Source: Trichodelitschia bisporula (lineage: Eukaryota). Taken from it: a stretch of DNA of 64,000 nucleotides. The stretch covers positions 1,462,579 through 1,526,578 of the forward strand of contig ML996688.1 of NCBI GenBank assembly GCA_010356995.1, read 5' to 3'. A model generated the notes under the pieces. That model searched no databases. It was given only the letters and a program-made list of their open reading frames with translations, and was not told where the DNA came from. Within the stretch, counting starts at the first letter, position 1, and every line of letters begins with the position of its first letter. Of this stretch, positions 13,346-24,436 are shown one piece after another. The translations under genes and the position numbers were made by a program.

Positions 13346-15854
13346 TCATTGCCCGCTTTCCGACGCCGGCATTTTAGCCTTTTCCTTCTCAGCACTGTCA
13401 TAGCCTGTTTCCGCCATTTTTGCCTTTACACTCGCCGCCATCACTCCAATCTTCTCCCCCACATCCATCGTCCTCTCTCCGGCATCCGTAACCTTCTCAC
13501 CCATCTTGTCACCCACATCAGCCATCTTCTTCGCCTGCTGAACCAAAATGCTCAACCCTCCACTAGCAACAGGCTTGACATGGTCGCCGACCTTCTCTCT
13601 AATAGCCCTCACCCCCTCAACACGACGCGTCAGATAGACCTTCGGACGGTGCACCTCTTCGTCAGCCTCCACCTCACCCTCCATGTCACCGCGCTTCGCC
13701 AATATGCGCTCAATCTCTTCCTGATACGCCTTCTCATACACATTCCCCTCCACAGCACCAGGCGACTCGCTCACCATCCACCCGGCGCTATCGTCCCCGT
13801 CCACAGACGGCGCATCGTCTGCGCTCGAGCCCACGCCGAGGTACAGCGTATCTTCGAGGGGGTCGTGCGCCTGCCCACGGCCGGACTCGTGCGTGCCCAA
13901 TATGCCTGTGGGTGAGGGTGATTTCATGGCTGGGCGCTCAGGGGGCGTAGCGTCGGCAGCGCGGACCAGCTTCTGCTTCAGCCGGTCTGCCCACGTCGTC
14001 GGCTTTACGGACGGCGGAGCGGAAGCGAGGCCCACTGAGGTTGAGCCGAACGGCGCAGGACTGTCTGGATGGACGCCGTCAGGGGCGAGAGCGCCGGGGG
14101 TTTTCCGGCGGTTTTCGAGGGTGGAGCTCTGTGTGCGGGTTATGGTTTGTGGGGGAGCAACTATGCGACCTCCCGAGAACAAGCCAGTCATGAGGTCTGG
14201 GCGTTTCCGGAAGAGGAGGCTCTTGAATTTGTTGACTGCTTTCATCTGGGCGTGTTAGTGCAGTGTGACGGGGATGAGCGCAACTTACTACCACCACCAA
14301 GTGGCCCATGTTCCCCGTGATGGCATTGTTGAGCTCTTCCTGAGTGGGCTCCTCGATGATCTCGGCGATATTCTCTTCGCGTGAGAGGAGTGGATCGGTG
14401 CCGTTGCGCGTAACCCAGGGGTGCTCCTGTTGGGTTATTAGCAAATTTCCGTGGGCGAGTGCCTCTCGGCAGCAGCACTTACACGGAGCTCATCCATCAT
14501 GATACGCTTTGCAGGATCCTTTTCTAGCAGTCTCACCATGAGGTCCCGGAACTCGTCGGAGCAACCCCCCAGTTGGCATTCTTCACTCTGAATAGCCTCG
14601 TAGAGCTCCAGCATCCCTCCCTTTTCGAACGGTATCCTTCCGTACCGAAGACAAAATAAGGTGACCCCCATAGACCAGATATCAGCGGCCCTGCCAGACA
14701 CCTGACCGTGCCTTGCCACGCAGAGCTCTGGTGGCATGAACGCCGGCGAACCTGCTGATTTTGATGTGGTCATTTCCGAGTTCTTTTCAAACATCTCCGA
14801 CACGCCAAAGTCAACAATCTTGAGGACATCGTCCGCTGTGATGAGGCAGTTGTCGGGCTTTATGTCACGGTGAATGATACCTTGGGCGTGTACTACGGGC
14901 GTTAATACACACATTGGCAAGGCGGCGAACTTACGATATTCAATTCCAAGGATCAGGTCTCGGAACCAGAGCCGGCACTGTTCTTCATCATACGGATCAG
15001 CGCTTTCGTCTAGTCCAACTTTCATCACCACCCCTTTCTGGCACAGCTCCATAACCATATACAGCGAATCCTCCTCGGGGTCATCGAGTACTTCGTAGAG
15101 CGATACCAGGTTCGGGTGATTAAGCTTTTTCATGACAGCAATCTCTTCGCGGATCAAATCAAGCGAATTGGACTTGCTACCTTTGTCGGAAGCGTGCCGG
15201 TGCAGCGGTGAGTTGAACCCCGCGCCAGCAGATAGGTTGTTGCGCACGCGGTTCGGACGGCGCAAGAGGTTCGACTGCTGTCGCTTACGCAGTCTCGACT
15301 TGGAGAACTCTTTGACAGCCTACACAATGTCGTTCCAATCAGCACTTGTTTTCTCAATCTCCTCCGCCTCGATTGCGACATCGCGTATCCAGGTAGCGTG
15401 GTAAAGAGGACCATACGTATTTGTTCCCATACTGGTCTGTTGCCAGATGTACCGAGCCAAACGAGCCCCGTCCAATCTCATCCTTGATGCAGTACTGATT
15501 TATGTGGTGTTCCGCTGTGCCATCGTCCTGACTGTTGCTGTACTCGGAGCGAGCATTGAGTGTTTCCTTCACATGTTATCCTACTCGCCCCTCACATGAA
15601 GAGTGAAAGCGAACCTTGATATGCCGCCGAGGGTTGGAGTGGACTCTCGAGTGGTGTCGTAGCGGACTATGGAACGCGGGCGCCGTCGACCTGTGGTATT
15701 AGACCACTATATTTTCAGCGCAAGGTTCGGCGACCTACACATGCTTTATCGACGGTGATTTTTTATCCACGGTTGGTGGGGTAGAGAAAGGAGAGATCAT
15801 AACGTCGTTGTCTGAGATGACACGATGCGGGGTTTGCTCTGTGGGGGTGCCCAT
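13346..15854 (-). CDS. Calcium/calmodulin-dependent protein kinase kinase (CaMKK, CmkC/Ssp1-like), 7 exons
   Basis: Motifs HHINQY..EIGRGSFGSV, AVKEFSKSRLRK, LDDPEEDSLYMV, HRDIKPDN, DFGVSEMF, AGSPAFMPPE. Introns read at 15691-15738, 15567-15614, 15320-15416, 14893-14934, 14427-14482 and 14246-14288. Confidence 0.88.
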
Positions 15855-16252
15855 GGCGTGGGAGCGGGGGGAATTGGAATAAAAGCTGGTCGCTCGGAAG
15901 CGCAGATCGGACGATGAACGAGTCAGACGCTGGTAATGGAAGAGGAGAAGAGAAAATGTAGGCGTTCAAGGAAGCACAGCAGCCGCAACTGGCATCAAAA
16001 ATGCAGGTCGCCTTGGGAGCTTCGCTGCTGCACATGAAAGCCTGTGAGAGATTGGACCCCGCATGTGGAGGGTGTTGCTCATTTCCTAGACCCAGCCTAG
16101 CGCTACCTCTAGGGGGGTTGGCGTGGTGGGGGTAGGGGTATCTGACGGGTGGCTTTCTCTTGGCTCTGGCGACTTCATGGGTTCCCGAACTTCACAGCAA
16201 TCCTCTTGATATCGCGGTCATCTTGCGCTGAGAAGACAGCCAGTAATCAGTC

Positions 16253-16857
16253 ATGGTTGTCTACTCCTTTTACATCTTTGACCGTCATAGTATGAGGCTC
16301 AATTCTATACAGCCATGTGGAGCCGAGTCCGCTAACAAGCAAACTAGCCGAATGCATCTACTCCCGGCGATGGAATCCGCGGCCAGCATCTAGCAGTAGC
16401 AAAGCCTCCAGACCTCAATCAGACATCATTGCGAATAGTGGCGAACCTGCACCTCCTCAACGTAAAGGCCTATCAAGGGAGGACGATGCGAAGCTCATCT
16501 TTGGCGCCATCTTCTCCCTCCGCAAACTGGTGCAGCGTCTGGGCGGTGAAGACAACCACTTCCTTTCATACCGGACGGGCGAATACAAGCTTCACTACTA
16601 CGAGACTCCAACTCGTATGAAGTTTGTCATGGTCACCGACACCAAGAGCAACAACCTGCGTGTCGCACTTCACCAAATCTGGGCCAATCTTTACGTCGAG
16701 TATGTCGTTAAGAACCCTCTCTCGCCTATTGAGCATGCCGGAGGTGTCGGTGTTGCCAATGAGCTCTTCGAGCAGGGCCTAGAGCGCTTTGTGGTGTGTT
16801 GATTGCTCCTGAATTGCTTCCCGGCTAACCACCTTTCAGGCGACTGTGTTGGCTTGA
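16253..16857 (+). CDS. BET5: TRAPP complex small longin subunit Bet5/TRAPPC1 (sybindin-like)
   Basis: MVVYSFYIFDRH, intron, TECIY...; AKLIFGAIFSLRKLV; YKLHYYETPT; LYVEYVVKNPLSP. A short final exon follows an intron near 16794-16839. Confidence 0.9.
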
Positions 16858-17465
16858 TACACATGTGGTAGCATCTCGGGGAGTCGCAGAAGTGCCAAAT
16901 ATTCAGCACTGCCCGTTTCCCTAGGAAACCTGGGATCTGGGTTCATGTAATGCCCTCGACCAGAGGGTTAGGCATAGGATCGGAGTTCTCGGAGTTCGTG
17001 GCGTAAGGTACGGATATCCGCGGCAGTTGCCTAGTAGAAATGCTCATCAGCTTTAGAGAGTTGAACCCACATACGCTCTGGCTCGTGACATTGCAAGCTT
17101 GATAAAGAGCAGGATAATGGAGTTGTCGCATTTGCATGATAGTAAGGACCAAGAGACGGAGTCCACTGAAACTTCAGTGTTGAACGTGCCGCAAGCTCAA
17201 CTGTTGACACCTCAAGTTCAGGGAGTGCACCTACAGCAGTTGGTGATATCATCTCAACCCTCCATGGACATGCACTTGACCCGTGGCTATCGAGCAGCAG
17301 CTAGAAGTCACAGGCGGAATAGCAAAGAAGCATTGCCAGCTTCACCTGCGGCGATTCACTCCGACAACAGACAAAAACCCTTCTTCCTCCCCTTTCCTCC
17401 CTTTCCTGCCAACCCCGCCCTCCAAATCTTCACATTTAACCGCCAAGATTTGACCTCTGCGGACA

Positions 17466-18458
17466 ATGCCAGAATCGTCGCCCAAATCCTCCCCAAAACC
17501 CTCACTGACAACCCCACCGAAGACCCCACCAAACCCCCCGTTTAAATTCAGCCCGGAGGCTCCCTGCTTCGTTCCACGCAGCCAGGCCCTCAACATGGCG
17601 GAAAATCCTGGTGCCACTACGGACATCCCTCAGAACGACATCCCCCCGCTGCCTGCCTGGGCCGCGCCCACCGAAGCCTCCAATTTCAATATGCCTTTCC
17701 ACCAGCAGCTCCCTCACTACGCCGCCAGTCACGCCTATGTTCCCGAGGTCAACCCGCCCGCGGGGAACAACTTCTGCCCTACCATGCAGGAGGCTGTGGA
17801 GCATACGTACGCCAACCCCGAGAGCACCTGGCAGAAGGCTGTGGAGCATACGTACGCCAACCCCGAGAGCACCTGGCAGAAGGCTCTGGAGCATGCGTAC
17901 GCCAATCCCGAGAGCACCTGGCAGAAGGCTGGGGAGTATGAGTTCCTCAACCATAACCCCAACACCTTTCAGCAGGTTTTGGAGCATGCGCGCCTCAACC
18001 CTAACGCGTCGATCTACCATCAGCCCCTCTATCAACCCGGCTCTCAGCCCGACTCCTTCAACGGGAAGAAGAAGAAGCACCGGAACGGCAAGTCGGGTCC
18101 CACCCTCAACGAGTACCTCGTCCATGGCGACGTCGCTCGCGACCTCACGAAAACTGTCACCTCGATGCGCTCGCTGCGCTACCCGCTCCGCGTCGGCGAT
18201 CAGCTCAAGGTGTGGGAGCATCAGGTCCGCCTTCGTCTGCGCGCCATCGATCTCGACAAGTACGTGTTCGGCGACATGAGTGCCAATACTGAGGACATTG
18301 CGCTCCTGGCCCTCGACCGTGCTTTGACTGCTTGGCTTCAGGAGAACCTTGAGCGCACCATCCTCGAGAAGCTCTTTGAGAAGGGGCTTATGAACGCCAC
18401 AGCCCCGCAGACTCTTCAGAGCATCCGCAAACTTGCTCGGGAGATGAAGGACGAGTAG
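17466..18458 (+). CDS. Orphan 330-aa protein with PAM2-like motifs, 15-aa tandem repeats and a C-terminal region resembling Ty1/copia Gag
   Basis: Intronless ATG-initiated ORF with strong C/G-ending codon bias. Contains FSPEAPCFVP, (AVEHTYANPESTWQK)x3, KKKKHR and WEHQVRLRLRAIDLDKYVFGD. The function call is inference. Confidence 0.7.
   Translation: MPESSPKSSPKPSLTTPPKTPPNPPFKFSPEAPCFVPRSQALNMAENPGATTDIPQNDIPPLPAWAAPTEASNFNMPFHQQLPHYAASHAYVPEVNPPAGNNFCPTMQEAVEHTYANPESTWQKAVEHTYANPESTWQKALEHAYANPESTWQKAGEYEFLNHNPNTFQQVLEHARLNPNASIYHQPLYQPGSQPDSFNGKKKKHRNGKSGPTLNEYLVHGDVARDLTKTVTSMRSLRYPLRVGDQLKVWEHQVRLRLRAIDLDKYVFGDMSANTEDIALLALDRALTAWLQENLERTILEKLFEKGLMNATAPQTLQSIRKLAREMKDE
17791..17925 (+). 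repeat. In-frame 45-bp tandem repeat, 3 near-identical units plus degenerate units to about 18015
   Basis: aggctgtggagcatacgtacgccaaccccgagagcacctggcaga starts at 17791 and 17836, a variant starts at 17881, and a partial unit at 17926. Confidence 0.95.
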
Positions 18459-18701
18459 GGTGGCTCCGCGATAGCCTTGTTGTGTGGTTGATATCTATTC
18501 TGCTGCATAGATTAGGTGTTGCAATGGTCGGTCGGTTTGTCTTCAGCATGGACTAAAACGGTGATTAGATCACTAGACACCCCAATTCACTGGTTTCATG
18601 CCATCTTGTGTTCCATCATCAGTGTTCAAAAACTAACCACTAGCTATCATGGGTGACCAAACATGCAGATCCCAAGCTCCCTCCCTCCCCACATCCCAGC
18701 C

Positions 18702-19742
18702 CTACTTATCCCCCTTCCCCTCAACCAACTGCCTCCCCCGCATCAACATCCACTCTCCCGCAGTATACACCCTCCCCCTCTCCAACTCCCCATCAAACTT
18801 CCCCGCCACATTCACCTCCCCCTTAAACCCCTCCACCGGCGCCATAATCGCCTCATCATGCGGTCTCACAAAATAAACAACACTGTACCGCTCACACTTC
18901 CCCTGCTCCCCCGGCGCAGGCACAACACGATGCTTCGCACTCTTCAGCTTCCCCGCCGTAAACGAAACCATCGCGTCGCCGAGATTGATAACCGCCCGCC
19001 CCGGGAGTGGCTTCACGTAGTCCCACTCCCCGACCCGCCCCTCCGCCCGGGACTGGATTTGCAGTCCTCCGAGCCAGTTGAATAGAATCGTCACGGAGCC
19101 GAAGTCCGTGTGCGACGGTAGCCCGACCGCGTCGGCAGCGATCGTCGGCGCTGTGTGCGTCAACCGCACGTGGTCGCCGCTCCTCTTCGTGAAGATATTT
19201 TGGCTCTGAAAGGTATCTTCCGGCAGACCCTGCGCGCGGGCCAGGCCCGCCTGTACCGCGAGACCGACCTCATGAGCCTCTTTCTGGAAGGTGCGGAACA
19301 GAGGCGCGGATTCGAGGATGATAGGGGGGTAAGACCGCGGCTCCGCGAAGCCGTGCATGTGGTCCTTGCTCACGTTGAAGAACTCAGTCGTATCCGGGCG
19401 CTTGTCCTTGTCTGTTGCTTTCACCGTCCCCACGGGCTTGTAGCCGAAGAGAGAGCCACCTGGGGTGAGTTTATGCGGGAGTTTCTCGTCCAGGGGCAGG
19501 GCGAAGGCGGTTTGGGCGAGGGAGAGAAGGGAGAGAGATTGGGTGAGCAGACTGCGTCCGCTGGGGCTGTCGCGCAGGTCGAGGTAGAAGAAGCCGTGCG
19601 TTGTGCATGCTTCAAGGAGGGCGGAGATAGCGGTGGGGTCGTGTGTGAAGAGGGCTTGGGAGGATATTTCGGCAATGGGGGCGGTGGGGAGGTTGGAGGG
19701 GAATGGGGGGAGGGAGGCGAGGACTTCGGTGTCGGTTGTCAT
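18702..19742 (-). CDS. 2-oxoglutarate/Fe(II)-dependent dioxygenase (IPNS/DIOX_N family)
   Basis: ACTTHGFFYL, HTD (HxD) in PSHTDFGSVTILF, INLGDAM, the distal His in KSAKHRV, and RYS (RxS). Probable ATG at 19742. Confidence 0.9.
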   Translation of the reverse strand: MTTDTEVLASLPPFPSNLPTAPIAEISSQALFTHDPTAISALLEACTTHGFFYLDLRDSPSGRSLLTQSLSLLSLAQTAFALPLDEKLPHKLTPGGSLFGYKPVGTVKATDKDKRPDTTEFFNVSKDHMHGFAEPRSYPPIILESAPLFRTFQKEAHEVGLAVQAGLARAQGLPEDTFQSQNIFTKRSGDHVRLTHTAPTIAADAVGLPSHTDFGSVTILFNWLGGLQIQSRAEGRVGEWDYVKPLPGRAVINLGDAMVSFTAGKLKSAKHRVVPAPGEQGKCERYSVVYFVRPHDEAIMAPVEGFKGEVNVAGKFDGELERGRVYTAGEWMLMRGRQLVEGKGDK

Positions 19743-22069
19743 TTTGGAGCAGGGGTTTGGAGTTGTTGATGCTTTCAATGAGGGATAGTTGGACGAATTG
19801 ATCAGTTGAGCGATCGGGTTAGAAACGATGTTGAAGAGGGGTTTGGAACTGCGAAGGCGGAGCACGCTGGGAGCGCGTGATATAAGAGCAATTCGAACAA
19901 CTAACGCACCGGTCCTAATGGTAGGCGGCATCGCAGGTTGGCGCAAACGAACCACTTCGAAATGAATCCGCTCCCGTGCGGATCGCTTTCTCCACACCTT
20001 TTACCCCAGATCTTCAGGCCATACGTCACCCTCCCAGTTCTGGGCCAGGCGACAATCAGATTGCCGCTATACTTCGAGCCCTCTCATACCCCGCATCGTG
20101 TCCAGAGGTTACTAAAGAGGGCGGAATCCTACCGCCCTGACTGCGAGAGTGGAGGGGTGAGGCTCAGGTTAAAGTTTAGGTGGTGCGGGGCAAAATGTGG
20201 GGTAGCCGACACCACTAGCAGAACGAGCCGTACTCTATGGAGCTGCCTGAAAGATTCAACAACCTAAACTTGTGAGTTATTCCCCGAGACTGCTAGAGCA
20301 GGAATAGTGGTTGTCAACGGCGTCTGTCATGCCGTTCATCTCTAGGGCGGTTGGTGAGAGCTAAACAGCGGGGTTCAGGAAGGGCAAATGACATCGGCAA
20401 AGATGACATCGGCTTGATTCCGCGGCGACAGTTACGAGTTTGTTGCGGGGAAGTTAGGGTGCCCCTTGTTGTGCTTGTATCACTTCCAGTTGGTCGGCCT
20501 ATCGGGAATAATAACGCTTGCTGGATGAGGAAACGCTGGAATACGATATGTACCGCATGAGTACGACATCCAGATGGATTGGACATAGCATCTGAGCACA
20601 CTCGTCCCACAGACTCTTCCTTTATGCACATTTAGGGTTGGAGGACTTGCCAACAGCCAGTGATCGGAAATCGCACCTCACGCAGCCCTTCCTAGGCGTG
20701 AATCACGTTGCTGGACCTATTAGCAGCCATTGATATTGCGAGGACGGAACGAGACACTGCAATGATGATGGACTAATCGATTAACTTCCTTCTTATTGAA
20801 ATCTTCTAGGTCGTTCTTCCGGGACCAGGTAGGCACCTGGTCTACGGATGTACAGTACCGAGTTCACACAACTGGCCACCCTGATGAAGAACCTAGAGGA
20901 GCTGGAGAGGAAGGACGCCTTGGAGAACACAAATTAATTGATTCTCTCCCAGAAGACATATCATTTCTATTTGTAAGTCCGATTTGAGTCCAAATGCTTC
21001 AGACAGACTGGCTGGCTTTGCTGGCAATACCTGATAGCGGATCCGTTAGCCATGCGAGTGCTCTTACGCTTAGCCTGCGGCGTGTTTGAGTGGTTGTTCC
21101 TGGGGATCAAACTCCGCGGCCAGGCTGAATTGCCTTAATTCAAATATCGTCCGTCTCGATCCACACCTGCACGGCAAGGAGAGCTACCAGCAGCTTAAGG
21201 CCTGAAGAAGTGCGCCTGCTCGCTGTACGCGTGGAAGGATCGATGTCGCCTGAGCCTGGGAGATAAGATCAGAAAAGAACAACGACAGGTGCTTCTCCGC
21301 GGGAAGATGAGGTCTCCTGCGAAAAGATCATGAGAATGATAAGTGGCGCCTCTGAGAAGATATGAGCCGGCTACAAGAACGAAAGAAGTGCGCCATGATA
21401 ACCTTAATATGTCGGACTCCACATGCCTGCAATTTCGTTGTGTTTGGTCAGGCACCCGGTCGTACGAGGTTCAGATGTCGGAAGAGAGGTGCCACAGCAT
21501 CAAATCCGCCCGTGATATCGTGAATCCCCATGTCGCCATCTACACTACGGATGTACCGCATCCCCAGCCAACCCACCAGCTCCTCAATCCGCCTAGCATC
21601 CACCCCCAAAAGTCAAAAACCTCTCCCACACAACCCCGCCCCAAACCTCAAGAACCAAAGTCTCACCAAGAACCCCCACCACCGCAGCCAAGCTCAAGGG
21701 GCCCCAGCCTCGCCCGCCCCACTCCGCGCACCTCACCCCAAGAATAGCCCCCTATCACACCCCTGCCCTGCCGCCCGCGACTGGGCGGGGTCCCGCGCGC
21801 AGCGCCCGTGGCCGTGCACGGAACGCAGGAGCCGTGAGGCTGAGGGCGAGCGTGCGGCGTGCAGTGCTAGCAGGAGCGGCCGCAAAAAGGCGACTGTGTT
21901 CCGGGTGTCGCGGCTCATACTGTAACTTCATCTACACTAATAACGCTTTTGCTGTGCTATCTGTGCTCTCTGTGCTTCGCGTTGCCGGACCTCGCTTTTG
22001 AACACGATTACGACGGGACTCCCGCTTACGGCCGCACCTCCGACTACCCCCCTCCGCGAACTAGCAGCA

Positions 22070-23361
22070 ATGTCGAGCTCCCGCACTCCCTCCCGCCCTC
22101 CGTCGTTCACATCCGGTGTTGCGGATCGCTTGTACAGCGAGCGCGACCGCATGCCCGGCGGCGCGGGCGGCGTGGACACAGCGTCGCAGTATACGACGAT
22201 GAGCAGTGTATTCGGCCAGGACACGCAGTTCAAGGGCGTGGCGCTGGTGACGGGGGCAGCAAGTGGTGCGTATTTCCCCAGGCGTTGTGTTGCGATGCAC
22301 AGCAGCGGCAGCGGCAGCGGAGAGCTGGGCTAATGAGTTCGACGGACAGGTATCGGGGCTGCGGTTGCCATGGCCTTTGCCCAGGAGGGCTGTCCCTGTG
22401 TTGCGATTACGGATATCAATGCCGTGAAGCTCGAGGCCATGAGGCTGGAGATTCTGAATAATACGGGGACGGATGTGACGGTGCTTACGGCGGCGGGGGA
22501 TATCTCCGATGAGCGGTTTGTGAATGCGCTGGTGAAGACGATTGTGGAGCAGACGACGCGAATTGACTATCTGGTACGGTCCCGGAGCCCTGCGGCTCGC
22601 TCCGGAGTTCTGGCTTACGGGAACAGGTCAATTGCGCCGGCGTCATGGGCCACAGCGAAATCACCACCAACACACTGGCGTCTCAGTTCGATCGCATCAA
22701 CGATATCAATTACCGCGGCTCGTGGCTAGTAACCCGCGCGGTGCTGCGCGTCATGATCCAACAAGCGCCACTGAGCGAAACAACCGCGAATAATGCACAC
22801 AAGCCGCCACAGCGGGGATCGATCGTTAATATAGCGGCGCAGTTTGGCCTCGTCGGGCGGCCGCGGTCGAGTATGTCTCCTTCCTCCCCACACCTAAGGG
22901 CTTCCCGAAAAGCCATGACCCCCACACTCGCGGCTTTTGCGGAGTGATCTGCAAAGGCTACCGGCAGGGAAGTGACATGACTTTTTCAGGTAGCCCTTGA
23001 TCTATTCCCCAGTTTCCGTCCTTCCTCCAGCTTCCCGAACCCGTAAGGCTAACGTCCACCAGCCGCATACTCCGCCTCAAACGCTGCTATTATCGCCATG
23101 ACCAAGGGCGACGCAATCGACTACTCGCCCTGGGGCATCCGCATCAACTGCGTGTGTCCGGGCTTCATCGACACGCCCATGGTGCGGGGCAACCCGGCGG
23201 CCAACTCAGCGCTGAAGCCTACGATCGAGAGTAAAGTTCCGATGCGCCGCATCGGCCTGCCGGAGGAAGTGGCCTGGTGCGTTCTGTTCCTTTGCTCGAA
23301 CAAAGCGAGCTTTGTGCAAGGGGCGAGTTTGCCTGTCGATGGGGGGTTTACCGCGATGTAG
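22070..23361 (+). CDS. Short-chain dehydrogenase/reductase with atypical catalytic residues, 4 exons
   Basis: TGAASGIG, VNCAG, NIAA, YSASN and IRINCVCPGFIDTPM, after removing introns 22266-22349, 22574-22626 and 22871-23062. The start could alternatively be the ATG at 22199. Confidence 0.85.
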
Positions 23362-24436
23362 AGGGAGAAGGGGGGAGTGTTGCTTTCGTCGGATACCTGG
23401 AGTGTGGAGTATAAGCTTTGCATGTGTTTGAGCGCCTGTTTGGGATTGGATATGTCTTTTTCTTTTTGGCGGGAATGAGGGAATCATGTGTTAGCTTGCA
23501 TGTATATAGCGATCATGGTAGTTCTGGGTATGTAGGTAACGTCTCTTGTCTCCACTGTCGCGACTCCAACTGCGTAAGCATACCAGCCCATATCAGTCGC
23601 ATAATCAACTGGTAAAGCTGCTGTGCACCAAGTACGAGGCCTAAACCCGCCAGACAACGATTGAGTCCTTTCAGAGTTTGCGGTCTAACGGCGCAGGCCG
23701 CTTTTAGCTCGGCCCGCGTTGATTGGACTAGCCTGCAGGCCTGCTGCTGTCACATCGTCATTGGTGATGTAACCGGCGTGCTAAAGATTAGCTTGTCGGC
23801 GGCATATGTCATCGCTTGGAGCTTCGGCTTGTCCACACAAATATTGCTTCAGCGTCGTTGCAGTGCACCATCTAGCCATTGACAAGGCCACTTCTTATCA
23901 GGCCCAATTATAGTCACGGACAGACGTCTTCCACAAGTAGATGAAGAATTGGAGAGCTCACTGCAATTGCAGTCAAAATATATCAACACGAACGGAGCTG
24001 CATGAGAGCTACCAAAAAGCACGTACATAGCAAGTCACAGTCTGAAATAAAAAGGGACAGAAAACAAAGTTAAGGAAAAGCATCCGAATTCGCCAACCAC
24101 AGACCACGGACTAAAGCCAACAGTCAAGGAAATAGAACAACAGACGTTAACCTATCACATCTATAAACTCCAGCGATCAGACGGAAGAGAAGGAAATCCA
24201 GACATATTGCGATTACCATTCTCCCAGTACCTATCGCTGAACACCATCATCCGCCCAAACCCTCACCCGAAGATCCTGCCATACAACTCATGGCGCCCAT
24301 TCCCGTCATCACTGGCCCAATTCCCGTTCGTAACAAACTCGCGTTTCAAGCATGGCCCACGTCATCCCCATACCCTGAAGTTGTCATGTAGAGTAGAGCA
24401 CATTCGTCACGTTGCGTTGGACCGTCCAGCACACAT

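Noticed and set aside
16900..18700. Intact LTR retrotransposon around the Gag-like ORF
   Set aside because: No pol ORF, and no paired TG...CA repeats or target-site duplication could be seen.
20848..20937. Short ORF MYSTEFTQLATLMKNLEELERKDALENTN
   Set aside because: Only 29 codons, with an in-frame stop just upstream and no convincing spliced extension or family match.
22945..22972. TGATCTG...TACCGGC-AGGGAAG resembling the 3' half of a TPP riboswitch in the SDR intron
   Set aside because: The essential GCTGAGA pyrimidine-sensing segment and the TAAT loop are absent.
18702..23361. 2OG oxygenase plus SDR as a possible secondary-metabolite cluster
   Set aside because: No PKS, NRPS, terpene synthase or transporter nearby, and the flanking genes are housekeeping.
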